Notes: generated from the sequence alone by a model not told the origin. Shown: positions 24,324-35,723, counted from the first letter of the stretch. The stretch is 64,000 nt of DNA from Vulcanimicrobiota bacterium (GCA_963820825.1 CAWGBN010000006.1:256001-320000); one strand, 5' to 3'. A program made the numbers and translations.

Positions 24324-25009
24324 TGCGGCCAACGGCGCTCTGCGCGCTCGCCGTCGTCGCGTTGCTCGGTGCAGCGCCGGCGACGCTCGACTCGCAGTAC
24401 GTCTTGCAACGATACGCGCTCGCGCTCGCCGCGCTGAGCCTTCCCAAGGTCGTCATCTACGCGTACACCGTCTCGCAAGTCGGTCCGAGCAATATCGAGC
24501 AGCGTCACGAGATCTATCGTAACGGCATGGACGTACGCGACGAGACGCTTGCGGTCGACGGCATTCCGCTGACGCGAAAGGTCGTGCGTTTCTCCCACCA
24601 CGAAGAGCGTTACACCGTCGACCGGTTCGCGCCGCGCACCGACGCGTACGAGATGCTCTTCTTGGGCACCGCAAAGGACGGGCACCATCTGGACTACATC
24701 TACGAAGCGACGCCGATGAGCCGGCCCGCGGGCGCCTGGATCGACCGAATCGCGATTGACGGCGTAACGTTTCTTCCGCGCGCCGTACACTTTCACAGCA
24801 ACGGTCTCGACGTCTCGGGAAGCGGCGACATCGAGTTCGCCGCCTTCGGAAAGTATTGGATGCCGGTTCTCGCCTCGGCCGAGGCGCGCGTCAAAGGCAA
24901 GCCGGCGCGCGAGCGTATCACGTGGAGCGACTACCGTTTTCCCGGGAGCCTCCCGCCATCGACGTTCCAGCCGCCGAAGCCGCTGCCGGAGACGACGCCG
25001 TCGCCGTAG
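24323..25009 (+). CDS. Secreted hypothetical protein
   Basis: Signal peptide, beta-rich body and Pro-rich tail. Overlaps the alaS stop. Confidence 0.7.
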   Translation: MRPTALCALAVVALLGAAPATLDSQYVLQRYALALAALSLPKVVIYAYTVSQVGPSNIEQRHEIYRNGMDVRDETLAVDGIPLTRKVVRFSHHEERYTVDRFAPRTDAYEMLFLGTAKDGHHLDYIYEATPMSRPAGAWIDRIAIDGVTFLPRAVHFHSNGLDVSGSGDIEFAAFGKYWMPVLASAEARVKGKPARERITWSDYRFPGSLPPSTFQPPKPLPETTPSP

Positions 25010-26198
25010 AGGCGCGCCGCGCGCCGCAGCAGATCAAGCCCGCCTACGCCGCGGCGCTCGTTGCATTTCTCGTTACCGCGATCGCCTCGCATCTGCGAGC
25101 GACGCCGTATAACAACTTCGTTCTGCTCGCGCAGGCCTTCTTGCACGGGCGGGTGTGGATCGACTGGCCGGGTTCGTACATCGACGCGCTGCAATACAAC
25201 GGCCGTTACTACATCATCGAGGCGCCGCTGCCGGCAATCTTGCTGCTGCCGCTCGTCGCGCTCTTCGGCGCGCAGGCGAATCAGACGCTGCTCGCTGCGG
25301 TGCTGGGCGCCGTTGCGGTCGGTGCGGCATGGGAGCTCGGCGAGCGCTTCGGTTTGAGCCGCACGTCCAACCTCTGGATCTGCGCCTTCTTACTCGCCGG
25401 GACCGACCTTCTCTGGTGCGCGATGTTCGGCGACGTCTGGTTTCTCGCGCACGTTTCGGCGGTCTGCTTCACGCTGCTCGCGCTCGTGGAGCTTGCCGGC
25501 AGACGCCGAGGCTGGCTCGTCGCGCTCTTCGCAGCCTGCGCGGTCGAATCGCGCTTTTCGATGATCGGCGCCATCCCAATCTATCTCTATCTGTTGCTCG
25601 CGCCACCTCGCTCTGTCATCCTGACCGAAGCGCGAAGCGCGGAGTCGAAGGACGGGCTCTATCGTTTGGGGCGGTGATTGCCGGGGCTGCGGTGCTCTGG
25701 GTGATTTACAATCTCGCGCGCTGGGGGACGTGGAACGACATTGGCTACGCGGCGTGGTATCACCAAGATCAAGCGGGAATGCCGACCGGCTCGCCCTTCC
25801 GGATCGAATATCTGCCGTTTCAGCTCTGGTCGTTCTTCGTGCAGATGCCGACGCGTCTGCCGGTCTTTCCGTGGCTGCGTCCGGAGTTCTCCGGTATCGC
25901 GCTCACCTGGACGTCGCCGGCGCTCGTCGTGGCACTCTTCGCGCGCTCGCCGTTGCGCTGGGTCGTCACGCTCTGGGCCGCGGCGTTCTTGAGTGCGGCA
26001 CCGAATTTTTTCTACTACGTCAACGGCTACGCGCAGTTCGGGATGCGCCATGCCCTCGACTTCGCGCCGTTCCTCGTCGCCTTGATGATGCTCGCCGTGC
26101 GCGAACGCTTCCCGCGCTGGGGATACGCGTTGATCGCATACTCCGTCCTCGTCGGGTTGTGGGGCTGCTGGTACTGGCTGGGCTACGTGCGGACGTAA
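25010..26198 (+). CDS. Polytopic membrane protein, possibly GT-C glycosyltransferase-like (start uncertain, frameshift near 25610-25670)
   Basis: Continuous hydrophobic coding across two frames (YNNFVLLAQAFLHG...; ...NGYAQFGMRHALDF). Confidence 0.6.
25614..25652 (+). repeat. Palindromic interspersed repeat (fullest copy in the window)
   Basis: TGTCATCCTGACCGAAGCGCGAAGCGCGGAGTCGAAGGA inside the membrane protein gene. Confidence 0.75.
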
Positions 26199-26241
26199 TG
26201 AGCCGCCGAAACAATCCGAAGCCTCGGTTCGTAGAACTCAC

Positions 26242-26934
26242 ATGACGTCACCTCGCCTCGTTGCCAGGCTCGCGGGCGTCGCGTATCTGGTCACGGTGTT
26301 GACCGGCCTCTTCGCCGAAGTCGTGGTCCGCGGAAAGCTGATCGACTACGGCGATCCGGCCGCGACGGCTCGGAACATTCTGGCGTCGGAGAGCCTCTAT
26401 CGATGGGGCTTCGCCGCCGATATTCTCGGCGGCGCGGCTTACGTCGTGGTGACGCTGCTGCTCTACGAGCTGCTCAAGCCGGTAAACAAGAAGCTCTCGC
26501 TCCTCGCTGCGTTTTTTAGTCTGGTGGGAATCGCGATCGGCGGCCTCGCCGCGCTCGGACATCTCGCGCCGCTGCTCATCTTGAAAGATGCGTACATGGC
26601 GCCGTTCGCCACCGCGCAGGCGCAGGCGATGGCGCTGCTCGCGCTCAAGCTGCACGCCCGCGGCTACTGGATCGCGCTGGTCTTCTTCGGGTTCTACGAG
26701 GCGGTGCTCGGGTATCTGATCTTCAAATCGCGCTTCTTGCCGCGAACGCTCGGCGTCCTCGTGGCGCTGGCGGGGGCGGCATTCCTCGCCAATAGCTTCG
26801 CGCTCTTCGTCTCGCCGGCGCTGGGCAACGCGATCAATCCGTTCATGCTCGCCCTCGACGGCATCGGTGAGATCGCGCTAACGCTCTGGCTTCTGATCGT
26901 CGGCGTCAACGAGCGCCTCGTAAGCCGCGCGTAG
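26242..26934 (+). CDS. DUF4386-family membrane protein
   Basis: ARLAGVAYL...DPAATARNILASE...KSRFLPRTLG...GEIALTLWLLIVG pattern. Confidence 0.75.
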   Translation: MTSPRLVARLAGVAYLVTVLTGLFAEVVVRGKLIDYGDPAATARNILASESLYRWGFAADILGGAAYVVVTLLLYELLKPVNKKLSLLAAFFSLVGIAIGGLAALGHLAPLLILKDAYMAPFATAQAQAMALLALKLHARGYWIALVFFGFYEAVLGYLIFKSRFLPRTLGVLVALAGAAFLANSFALFVSPALGNAINPFMLALDGIGEIALTLWLLIVGVNERLVSRA

Positions 26935-28647
26935 TCCGGCCGCATCCCGAACCGGCGCGCCGCAGGTACCGGTGACGCAGACGTATGCGGCCGGCTCCGC
27001 CGGCATGCCGAGCTTGGCGGCATCCTCCGGCGAGAGCGTGCGAATGGTGGCGAAGGGCATGGGAAGACGCAATGCGGCTTCGCGAAAGGCATCGCTTCCC
27101 GCCGCGTCCCCGACGATCCGAACGCCGAGCTCCGGCAGGAGATACCGGCGCAGCGCCCGCGCGCACGGCGCGCCGAACGATCCGGCGGAACGAATGCTCG
27201 GCGCGTAGAGACGAAGCGCCGCCTCCGCGCGCTGCCGATACCTCGCCTCGCCGGTTAGCGCGGCGAGACGCAGAAGCGAATCGGCCATCAAGCCGTTCTC
27301 GGCAATCGGCCGATCCGGCAACGCGAGCCGACCGAAGGCTTCGTCGGCGACGATACGGTCGTAGAATCCGCCGCCCGGCGCTTCGAAGCGTTCGAGCGTG
27401 ACGTCCGCGACGCGACGTGCGCGTTGGAGAAAACGCGCTTCGCCCGAGATCTCGTGCGCGTCGAGCAGCGCGCGTAAATATGCGGCGTGGTCGACGAGCA
27501 AGCCCGGTACCTCGGGTGCGCCTTCCGGCGAAAGGACGTGGTAGAGCAGGCCGTCGTCGCCGACCAACCGCGCCGCGACGTTATCGAGCGTTTGGAGCGC
27601 TTCGGCGAGCAGGCTCTCGTCGTCGAGCGCGCGCGCGACCAACACTTGCGCTCCGGCAAGCGCGCAGGTCCAGTTCGTGTACGAAGTGCGATCGACGTAG
27701 GGTTGCGCGTGCATCCGCCGCTCCTCCAGGGGAAGTGCGTAGTACTCTTCGTCGGCGTCTTGGCTGCCGGAAAAGAAGCCGCTGCGCGGGTCGCGCAGCA
27801 CGCGGCGGACGTATCCCATCGCCGAGACGAGAGTCGCGCGAATCTCGTCGATCGGAGCGAAGGTGACCAGCCCCGCAAGAACGCGCAGCAGGCCCGCATG
27901 GTCCTCGGCCATCTTTTCAAAATGCGGAACGCTCCAATCGCGGGTCGTCGAGTAGCGGAAGAACCCGCCTTCGACGTGATCGTACGTGCCGCCGCGCGCC
28001 ATCGCGAGCATGGTGCGTGCGACCATTTCGTAGAGACGTTGATCGCCCGAGAGGCGCCACTCCGCGAGTAAGAACTCGTGGACCTCGGGTTGCGGAAACT
28101 TCGGCGCATCGCCGAAGCCGCCGAACTCGTCGTCGTAGGATCGATCGAGCTGGGCGAGCAGGTTGCGAATCGGCGCGTCGTCGAGATCGCCGCTCGTCTC
28201 CGGGGCGCGCTCGGCAAAACGGTCGTGCAGCTCGGCGGCGCGCTGCGCGATCTCGTCTTTGCGCTCGGCGTAGAAGCGCGCGATCTCGTCGAGGGCGCGG
28301 CGCATCTGCGGTGCCGGAAGGTAGGTCGTGCCGGTGAGCGTCGTACCGTCCGGTGCGAGAAAGGCCGTGGTCGGCCAGCCGCCCATATTGTAGCGCGCGT
28401 TGACGTCCGGACGCCGGTCGTTGTCAACGCGAATCGGAACGAAGTCGCGATTGATGCTCTCGATCACGCTCGAATCGGAGTACGACGTCTCGTCCATGAC
28501 GTGGCACCAGTGACACCAGACCGCGGAGATCGCCAGAAGAATCGGCTTGTCCTCCGAGCGTGCGCGCTCGAAGGCATCTTCGCCCCAAGCCATCCAGCCG
28601 ATCTCCGACGCGCGATTCGGTCGCGGAGAGAAGCGAAACTCATTCAT
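26878..28647 (-). CDS. Thioredoxin-domain DUF255/YyaL (SPATA20-like) protein
   Basis: WCHWCHVM, GGWPTTAFL, GGFGDAPKFP, DHVEGGFFRYS and PHFEKM motifs. Confidence 0.9.
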   Translation of the reverse strand: MNEFRFSPRPNRASEIGWMAWGEDAFERARSEDKPILLAISAVWCHWCHVMDETSYSDSSVIESINRDFVPIRVDNDRRPDVNARYNMGGWPTTAFLAPDGTTLTGTTYLPAPQMRRALDEIARFYAERKDEIAQRAAELHDRFAERAPETSGDLDDAPIRNLLAQLDRSYDDEFGGFGDAPKFPQPEVHEFLLAEWRLSGDQRLYEMVARTMLAMARGGTYDHVEGGFFRYSTTRDWSVPHFEKMAEDHAGLLRVLAGLVTFAPIDEIRATLVSAMGYVRRVLRDPRSGFFSGSQDADEEYYALPLEERRMHAQPYVDRTSYTNWTCALAGAQVLVARALDDESLLAEALQTLDNVAARLVGDDGLLYHVLSPEGAPEVPGLLVDHAAYLRALLDAHEISGEARFLQRARRVADVTLERFEAPGGGFYDRIVADEAFGRLALPDRPIAENGLMADSLLRLAALTGEARYRQRAEAALRLYAPSIRSAGSFGAPCARALRRYLLPELGVRIVGDAAGSDAFREAALRLPMPFATIRTLSPEDAAKLGMPAEPAAYVCVTGTCGAPVRDAAGLRAAYEALVDADDQKPER

Positions 28648-28918
28648 CGGGGGCTCCTTGCAGAAACGACGCGGAGTAGAAGACGGCGATCAACGCATAC
28701 AGCGCAAGACCCGCGATGCCTGCCGTCTCGTAACGCAGTGCGAACGTCGCCGTGAAATAGAGCGCGAAGATTAGGCTTATCGCGGCATACCGCCGGTGCG
28801 ACGCCGCCGACATGCCGTACGTCTCGCGGTCGTAGAGGCCGCCGTGGGAACGACTGCATCGCAACGCGACGGCGCCGACGACGAGCGATACCGCGACTCC
28901 GGCTAAGCTCCACCCCAT
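28640..28918 (-). CDS. Small membrane hypothetical protein
   Basis: 92 aa with about three TM segments. Overlaps the start of the DUF255 gene. Confidence 0.6.
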   Translation of the reverse strand: MGWSLAGVAVSLVVGAVALRCSRSHGGLYDRETYGMSAASHRRYAAISLIFALYFTATFALRYETAGIAGLALYALIAVFYSASFLQGAPDE

Positions 28919-28961
28919 GCGCTCTAAGGGTACCCTGCCGGAGCGTCGAAAGCCAACCGCA

Positions 28962-30581
28962 ATGGCGCCTCGTACGACGTCCGCTCGTCCCGGTTCGCTC
29001 GCGACGTATCAAAAGAAACGGGACTTCGATCAAACGCCCGAGCCGAGCGGTCGCAAGGGAAAGACCGCTCGTTCGCGCGGGAAGGCGATGCGGTTCGTCG
29101 TTCAGATGCATCGCGCGACGCGCCTGCACTACGATTTTCGTCTGGAGGCCGACGGCGTTCTGGCCTCGTGGGCGGTTCCCAAGGGACCGACGCTCGCCCC
29201 GGGCGATCGCCGATTGGCAATGCACGTCGAGGACCATCCGCTCGACTATCGCGACTTCGAAGGCAACATTCCCGCAGGGCAATACGGCGCCGGGAGCGTG
29301 ATCGTTTGGGACAAAGGCACCTACACGCTCGCCGAGGGCGACGACCCGGCCGACGAGATTGCCAACGGCAAGATCAAGTTCGTGCTGCACGGGAAGAAGC
29401 TGCACGGTATTTTCGCGCTCGTCAAAATCAAGCCGCGGGAGGGCGAGAGTGGAGAGCCGTGGCTGCTCATCAAGGATCGCGACGAATACTCCGATCCGAA
29501 ATACGACCCGGCCGATCATCCGGAATCGGTCAAGAGCGGTAAGACGCTCGGCGACGTCGCGCGCGATCCGAAGGCGCGAACGTGGCAGTCGAAGCCGAGC
29601 GCGCGTCACGCCGCCGTCGCTTCCCGGCGGCGCGTCACCGTCAAGCGCGATCCGGTGCCGCATCCGAAATCGTTGATGCTCGCGACGCTCGTCGCCGAAC
29701 CCTTCGACGATCCCGCGTGGCTCTTCGAGATCAAGTGGGACGGCTATCGCGCGCTGGCTACGATCGAAGAGGATTCGTTCTCACTCGTCTCGCGCAACGG
29801 TCTCGACATGTTGCGGCGCTTTCCGGAACTCAAAGAGCTCGCCGGCGCGTTCGCGAGCCTGCCGGTCGTGGTCGACGGTGAGATCGTCAGCCTCGATGCG
29901 GACGGACGCTCGGCCTTTCAGCGTCTGCAGGAATCGCAGAAAAAACCCGCCGGTCTCACCTACGCCGCCTTCGATCTGCTCTACGCCGACGGCACCGATC
30001 TGCGCTCGAAGCCGCTCGAGGAGCGCAAAGCGCTGCTGGAGCGGCTGATTCGCGACGACGAGCTCGTGCTCTACTCCAAACACATCGTCGAAAAAGGTAC
30101 GGCGCTCTACGAAGTCGCCAAGAAGCAGCGACTCGAAGGCATCATCGGCAAGAAGCGCGACTCGAGCTATCAAGAACGGCGCAGCCGCGATTGGGTGAAG
30201 ATCAAGACCGGTTACGAACAAGAGTTCGTCGTCGGCGGCTGGACGGAGCCGAAAGGAAGCCGCAGCGGTTTCGGCGCGCTGCTCTTGGGCGTCTATGAGA
30301 AGCGCGCGCTGCGCTACGTCGGCTCGGTCGGCACGGGCTTCACCCAGAAGATGCTGACCGATCTCTCCAAGCGGCTGCGCGCGATCGAGCGGAAGACGTC
30401 GTCCTTCTCCAATCCCGTCGATGCCAACGCGCCGACGCATTGGACGTCGCCCGAGCTCGTGGTCGAGGTGCGGTTCTCCGAGTGGACGCGCGACGGCTAC
30501 CTGCGCCAACCCGCCTATCTGGGGCTGCGCTCCGATAAATCGGCGAAGGACGTCGTCGCGGAGCTGCCGGGCGAGGCGTGA
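28962..30581 (+). CDS. ligD: NHEJ DNA ligase D (phosphoesterase plus ATP-dependent ligase domains)
   Basis: YQKKRDF, HYDFRLE, SWAVPKGP, EIKWDGYR, EGIIGK and WVKIK motifs. Confidence 0.93.
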   Translation: MAPRTTSARPGSLATYQKKRDFDQTPEPSGRKGKTARSRGKAMRFVVQMHRATRLHYDFRLEADGVLASWAVPKGPTLAPGDRRLAMHVEDHPLDYRDFEGNIPAGQYGAGSVIVWDKGTYTLAEGDDPADEIANGKIKFVLHGKKLHGIFALVKIKPREGESGEPWLLIKDRDEYSDPKYDPADHPESVKSGKTLGDVARDPKARTWQSKPSARHAAVASRRRVTVKRDPVPHPKSLMLATLVAEPFDDPAWLFEIKWDGYRALATIEEDSFSLVSRNGLDMLRRFPELKELAGAFASLPVVVDGEIVSLDADGRSAFQRLQESQKKPAGLTYAAFDLLYADGTDLRSKPLEERKALLERLIRDDELVLYSKHIVEKGTALYEVAKKQRLEGIIGKKRDSSYQERRSRDWVKIKTGYEQEFVVGGWTEPKGSRSGFGALLLGVYEKRALRYVGSVGTGFTQKMLTDLSKRLRAIERKTSSFSNPVDANAPTHWTSPELVVEVRFSEWTRDGYLRQPAYLGLRSDKSAKDVVAELPGEA

Positions 30582-31537
30582 TGGCCGAAGCACGCGTCTC
30601 GGCGCGCGTCGGATCGCGCACGCTCTCGCTTTCGAATCTCGATAAGGTTCTCTGGCCGCGCGACGGCTACACGAAGGGCGATCTCATCGAGTATTACCAA
30701 AGCGTCGCGCCCTATGCGGTCGCTCATCTCAAGGACCGCCCGCTGACGCTCCAACGCTATCCCAATGGAATCGACGGCCAGGCATTCTTCGAAAAACAGA
30801 TGCCGCGCGGAACGCCGGAGTGGATCGAGCGCGTCACGCTGCCGACGCCGGGCGGCTCGCGCAGTCACGTGACCTTCGTGGTCTGCAACGATACGCCGAG
30901 CCTCGTCTACCTCGCGAACTTGGCAACCATCGTCCTGCATATTTGGACGTCGCGACTGCCCGCCGTCGACGAGCCGGATTTTGTCATCTTCGATCTCGAT
31001 CCCGGAGAGAAGTGCACGCTCAATACGCTCGCAACCGTGACGCTCGCGGTGCGCGACTTGCTCGCAGAGATCGGCTTGACGCCGCTGGTCAAGACGACCG
31101 GCGGATACGGCGTGCACGTCGTCGTCCCGCTGGCGTCGGGGTACTCCTACGATACGGCCAAAGTCTTCGCGGAGATCGTCGCTCGCCGCGCGGCCGGCGA
31201 GTTGGGCGAACGGGCGACGCTGCAGCGGACGATCGCGAAACGGTCGCCGAGTGCGGTCTACATCGATTACGTGCAAGTCGGTCACGGCAAGACCATCGTC
31301 GCGCCGTACTCGGTGCGGGCCGGCGATGCCGCGCCGGTCTCGACTCCTTTGCATTGGGCCGAGGTCGAGGCCCTCGCCCGGCGCCGGACGGCGGCGGCTC
31401 CGGCCGACGAATTTGCGAAGTTTACCATGGCCACCACGCCCAAGCGGCTCGAGCGCGAGGGCGACCTGTGGGGGCGCAAGTACTGGAAAAAACAGCGCCT
31501 GGAACCCGCAATCAACCGGGCGCGCCGCTTGTGGTAG
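30581..31537 (+). CDS. LigD polymerase (primase-polymerase) domain protein
   Basis: LSNLDKVLWP, RYPNGI, FDLDPG, KTTGGYGVH and APYSVR motifs. Confidence 0.92.
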   Translation: MAEARVSARVGSRTLSLSNLDKVLWPRDGYTKGDLIEYYQSVAPYAVAHLKDRPLTLQRYPNGIDGQAFFEKQMPRGTPEWIERVTLPTPGGSRSHVTFVVCNDTPSLVYLANLATIVLHIWTSRLPAVDEPDFVIFDLDPGEKCTLNTLATVTLAVRDLLAEIGLTPLVKTTGGYGVHVVVPLASGYSYDTAKVFAEIVARRAAGELGERATLQRTIAKRSPSAVYIDYVQVGHGKTIVAPYSVRAGDAAPVSTPLHWAEVEALARRRTAAAPADEFAKFTMATTPKRLEREGDLWGRKYWKKQRLEPAINRARRLW

Positions 31538-31567
31538 GGGGTGCGCCTTGGGTAGAATAAGCGGACT

Positions 31568-32402
31568 ATGGCGCATGCAATTTGGTCGGGATCCATCAAC
31601 TTCGGGCTCGTAACGATACCCGTCAAGCTCTTCACGGCGGTCAAGACGGACGATCTCTCCTTCAACTTGCTCCACGCGAAGGATGAAGGTCGGATCAAGT
31701 ACGAGCGCATCTGCTCGGTCGACGGCAAGCCCGTCCCCTGGGACGAGATCGTCAAAGGGTACGAATTCGAAAAGGGCGAGTACGTCCTGCTGACCGACGA
31801 CGATTTCAAGAAGGTAAATCCCGAGGCGACGCAGTCGGTCGACATTCTGGAGTTCGTCGAGCTCGACAAGATCAATCCGATGTACTTCGACAAGCCCTAC
31901 TATCTCGAGCCGACCAAACAGGGGCGCCACGCCTACGCGCTGCTGCGCGAAACGCTGACCCAATCCAACCGCGTCGCAATCGCCCGGGTCGTCGTTCGCA
32001 CCAAAGAGTATATCGCCGCCGTCAAACCGATCGACGACGCGCTCGTGCTCGAGCTCATGCATTGGGCGAGCGAGATCGTCGCTCCCGACACGCTCGAGAT
32101 TCCGGATCGCGAGAAGCTTGCCGGAAAAAGAGATGCAGATGGCGCGCATGCTCGTCGACACGATGAGCGTCGATGCGTTCGAGCCGGAGAAGTTCACCAA
32201 CAAGTACTACGACGAGCTGATGACGATGATCGAGGCGCGCGCCGCCGGTAAGGAACTTCCCAAGCCGAAGAAGGCGCCGGCCCGCTCGAAGGTCGTCAAC
32301 CTCATGGACGTGCTGGCGCAGAGTCTCGAAGCGAGCAAGAAGCGCCGCTCGGCCGCAAACGGCAAAGCGACGACGAAGCGCCGCAAGAGCACCGCCGCGT
32401 AA
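31568..32402 (+). CDS. ku: NHEJ protein Ku (frameshift near 32120)
   Basis: IWSGSINFGLVTIPVKL, IVKGYE, PYYLEP and VVNLMDVLAQSL motifs, basic C-terminal tail. Confidence 0.93.
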
Positions 32403-32411
32403 CGCATCGCG

Positions 32412-32958
32412 ATGGCCGAGGTGCCGACGCTGGAGACGCGCGCGCTTGATCCTACGCGACTGGCGCGACGACGACGTCGAGGCCTGGGTGCAGATGAACG
32501 CCGATCCGCGCGTTGCCGAGTTTCTGCGCGGTCCGTATTCGCGCGAGCATTCCGAATCCGCGGCGGCGGGGATTCGCCGCGAGCTCCACAACAACGGCTA
32601 CGGTTGGTGGGCGGTCGAGGTACGGGGCGGGCCGCCGTTCGCCGGCGCTATCGTTCTGCAAGCGGTCCCGTTTGCGGCGCCATTCGCTCCGGCGTACGAA
32701 ATCGGCTGGCGGTTCGCGTTCGGGTCTTGGGGGCACGGCTACGCGACCGAAGGCGCGACCGCCGCGTTACGCCACGCGTTCGATAGGCTGCGCTGGCCTG
32801 AAGTCGTCGCATTCACCGCGCAGACGAATCTGCGCTCGCGCCGCGTGATGGAACGGCTGCAGATGACCTACGATCCCGCCGATGATTTCGACCACCCTAA
32901 GCTCGAGCCCGGCCACCCGCTGCGGCGCCAGGTTCTCTATCGAATCAAGAAACGCTAG
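32412..32958 (+). CDS. RimJ/RimL-type GNAT acetyltransferase (frameshift near 32440)
   Basis: LET..LILRDW, EIGWRF, WGHGYATEGA and NLRSRRVMERL motifs. Confidence 0.85.
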
Positions 32959-32968
32959 CCGCGCGTAC

Positions 32969-34213
32969 TCATCCGTCGGCGACCTTCACCGCCTCGACTT
33001 CCAAGCCGAGCGTGCTCTCATGCTCGCGTATGCCGGCGCCCTCGCTTCGCGCGTTGCGCAGTCCCATGACGAATGCAACCGCGGCAAGGGTGATCGACTC
33101 GATGCCGGCAAAGCGCGGGCCGTAGGCCGCGAGCAGACCGGTCGAGATGGGAGGCGCGAGAATCCCCGAGAGCGAGTCGAGCGAGGAGCTCGTACCGAGT
33201 ACCGTTCCTTGTTCGCGATCCGAGGCGGCATTGCTGATCAGCGCGGTAATACCGGTGTTCGTGAGCGCCATTCCGAACGAGAAGAGAATCATCGGGGCCG
33301 CGAGCAGCGCGACCGTGTGCACGAACGGGATCAGCGCGAATCCGGCAATCAGGCAAACGAGTCCGACGTTGGACATCAATCGATCGCCCAATCGCGCCGA
33401 GACGCGCCCGACGACGGCAATATTGACGAAAACGTTGAAGACGGCGAAGATCGAGAAGAAATAGTCGGTCTGCGTCAGCGTAAACCGCAGCTGCTGTTGA
33501 AAATAGAGCGCGAAGACCGCAAACCAGCCGTATAATGCGAGCGAGATCGCCAACTTCTGCCAAAGGATGCGCGCGAGGCGCGGCTTACGGAAGCTCGCAA
33601 CCACCGAGCCGAGGGCGACGCGCTCTTCCTCTTTTCGCCGGGCCCGCGACTCCGGAAGCATAACGATCGTCAGCGCCAAGGTCACGAGCTGCAGGCCGGC
33701 GGCGACGAGAAACGGCGTCGCGAATCCGAAACGCGCGTAGAGAATACCGCCGCCGAACGGACCGAAGACCATGCCGGCGGCGAACATCGCGCCGATCAAA
33801 CCGAATGCGCGCGCGCGCTCGTTTGGCGCGACGAGGTCGGCGACGTAGGCCTGGGTGATGCTGATGTTTCCGCCCGAGACGCCTTCGACGACGCGTGCGG
33901 CGAAGACGACCCCGATCGGCGCGACGGCAAGCGCCGTTGCGATGTTGGGCGCCAAGCCGAGCATTACCCAGCCGATCGTAGCGCCGATCTGGCTAACGAT
34001 GAGCACCATCTTTCGGCCGATCCGATCGGAGATATTTCCCCAGAGCGGCGCCGAGACGAGCTGGCAGAACGAAAAGGTCGCGGCCAGGAATCCGACGACG
34101 GCTGCCGAGACGCCGAAGTGCGTAACGAAGTACGGCAGCATCGGAATCAGCATGCTGAAACCGACGATATCGATGAACGTGACGCCGAGAATCGGCAGAA
34201 GTTTACGGATCAT
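32969..34213 (-). CDS. MFS transporter (TetA/DHA1-like)
   Basis: FIDIVGFSMLIP, GNISDRIGRK, GGNISITQAYVAD motifs, about 12 TM segments. Confidence 0.88.
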   Translation of the reverse strand: MIRKLLPILGVTFIDIVGFSMLIPMLPYFVTHFGVSAAVVGFLAATFSFCQLVSAPLWGNISDRIGRKMVLIVSQIGATIGWVMLGLAPNIATALAVAPIGVVFAARVVEGVSGGNISITQAYVADLVAPNERARAFGLIGAMFAAGMVFGPFGGGILYARFGFATPFLVAAGLQLVTLALTIVMLPESRARRKEEERVALGSVVASFRKPRLARILWQKLAISLALYGWFAVFALYFQQQLRFTLTQTDYFFSIFAVFNVFVNIAVVGRVSARLGDRLMSNVGLVCLIAGFALIPFVHTVALLAAPMILFSFGMALTNTGITALISNAASDREQGTVLGTSSSLDSLSGILAPPISTGLLAAYGPRFAGIESITLAAVAFVMGLRNARSEGAGIREHESTLGLEVEAVKVADG

Positions 34214-34237
34214 CCTCGAGCCCCCATTCGAGGCCCG

Positions 34238-35188
34238 CTACCGAGACGACTCTACCGGCAGAACGACTCGCGAGAACCGCTCGCTCTTGCGCACCACGTC
34301 GATCTTGTACGAACGGCTGAGGTCGATGCTCGTCATGATCTTGTGCAGCGCGTCGACGCTGCTCAATCGGCGTCCCTCGAACGCCAGCAGCACGTCGCCC
34401 GCTTGCAGGCGTGCCGTATCGGCGGGGCTGCCGGGCTCGATCGAATCGACGATGATCGCGCGGCGATCCTCGAGCCCGAGCCGGCGAGCGGCCGGCGGCG
34501 GGAGGACGATGTCTTGCGCGGCGATTCCGAGGTAGCCGCGGCGCACGCGTCCGTCGCGCATCAATAGACCGGCAATGTGCTTGGCCGTGTTGATCGCGAT
34601 CGCAAAGCAGAGGCCTTGACCGGGAAGCACCGCCGTGTTCACGCCGATGACTTCACCGTCGGCAGTGACCAGCGGGCCGCCGGAGTTTCCCGGATTGAGC
34701 GCCGCGTCGGTTTGAACGACGTTATCCATCAGCCGGCCCGATCGCGAGCGAAGCGAACGTCCGAGCGCGCTGACGACTCCCGCGGTTACGGTATACGCAA
34801 GCCCGAACGGATTGCCGACGGCCACGACGAGCTGGCCCGGAAGCAGGGTCGCCGAGTCGCCGAGAACGGCGTGCACGAGGTCGGGGGCATCTACCCGCAG
34901 GACGGCGACGTCGGAATCGGGATCGTCACCGACGAGCGTGGCCGGAAGTTCCCGGCCGTCGAGCAGCGCGACGGCGATGCGTTTCGCATCGTGCACGACG
35001 TGGCTATTCGTTACCACAAAGCCGTCGGGCGTGAAGACGAAGCCGCTGCCGTTTCCGCCGCGCCGCCCGTCGTGCACTTCGATGCAGACGACCGCCGGAC
35101 TAACCCGCTCGGCGGCCGCGGTGACGGCCTGCGAATAGGGGTCGAGTGCGGCCGCGCTTTCAATTGGTGAGACGAGAGGAAGAACCAT
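34238..35188 (-). CDS. Trypsin-like serine protease with PDZ domain (HtrA/DegS family)
   Basis: GSGFVF, TNSHVV, DVAVL and [15 protein letters not shown] motifs, C-terminal PDZ. Confidence 0.92.
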   Translation of the reverse strand: MVLPLVSPIESAAALDPYSQAVTAAAERVSPAVVCIEVHDGRRGGNGSGFVFTPDGFVVTNSHVVHDAKRIAVALLDGRELPATLVGDDPDSDVAVLRVDAPDLVHAVLGDSATLLPGQLVVAVGNPFGLAYTVTAGVVSALGRSLRSRSGRLMDNVVQTDAALNPGNSGGPLVTADGEVIGVNTAVLPGQGLCFAIAINTAKHIAGLLMRDGRVRRGYLGIAAQDIVLPPPAARRLGLEDRRAIIVDSIEPGSPADTARLQAGDVLLAFEGRRLSSVDALHKIMTSIDLSRSYKIDVVRKSERFSRVVLPVESSR

Positions 35189-35273
35189 AGAGGCTCCTCC
35201 CAACCGCGAGAGAGCTCGCCGGGTTTCGCCGAGAGGCGGCGAGTCGGCCGCCCCGAATCGTGGTCAGTTCCGC

Positions 35274-35357
35274 GCCCAGATGGCGGAATTGGTAGACGCG
35301 CTGGTTTCAGGTACCAGTGGTGGCAACACCGTGGGGGTTCGAGTCCCTTTCTGGGCA
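35274..35357 (+). tRNA. tRNA-Leu(CAG), CCA not encoded
   Basis: GCCCAGA/TCTGGGC acceptor stem, D-loop GGAATTGGTAGAC, anticodon arm CTGGT-TTCAGGT-ACCAG, long variable arm and GGTTCGAGTCC T-arm. Confidence 0.96.
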
Positions 35358-35375
35358 GTTCAGCTGATCTCTGCG

Positions 35376-35723
35376 TTACCGGTCGGCGAGGTTGAGGTCG
35401 GCGACCAGCGCTTTCGCCGTGGATTCCGGAACGCCAAGCGCGACTAGAGTGGGATTCGAAAACTTTTCGCTCGAGATCTTGACGATCGCCCATCCGCTCT
35501 TCTCTTTTTTCGCGAGCGCTTCGCCGGCAGCGTAGTTCTTGCCGGCGCTCCAGAACGCGATTGCGTATGGCTTCTCTTCGACCATCTTTACGTTGATGTC
35601 GGTAGCGTTCAGGCGATCCTGAACGATACCGGAGACGGCGACGGCGTCGTCGGGACCAGGTATCGCCGCGGCAGCCGGCATGACGCAGGCCAGCACAAGA
35701 CTGATAACGGCAAATATTCGCAT
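35376..35723 (-). CDS. Secreted hypothetical protein
   Basis: Signal peptide MRIFAVISLVLACVMPAAA. Confidence 0.65.
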   Translation of the reverse strand: MRIFAVISLVLACVMPAAAAIPGPDDAVAVSGIVQDRLNATDINVKMVEEKPYAIAFWSAGKNYAAGEALAKKEKSGWAIVKISSEKFSNPTLVALGVPESTAKALVADLNLADR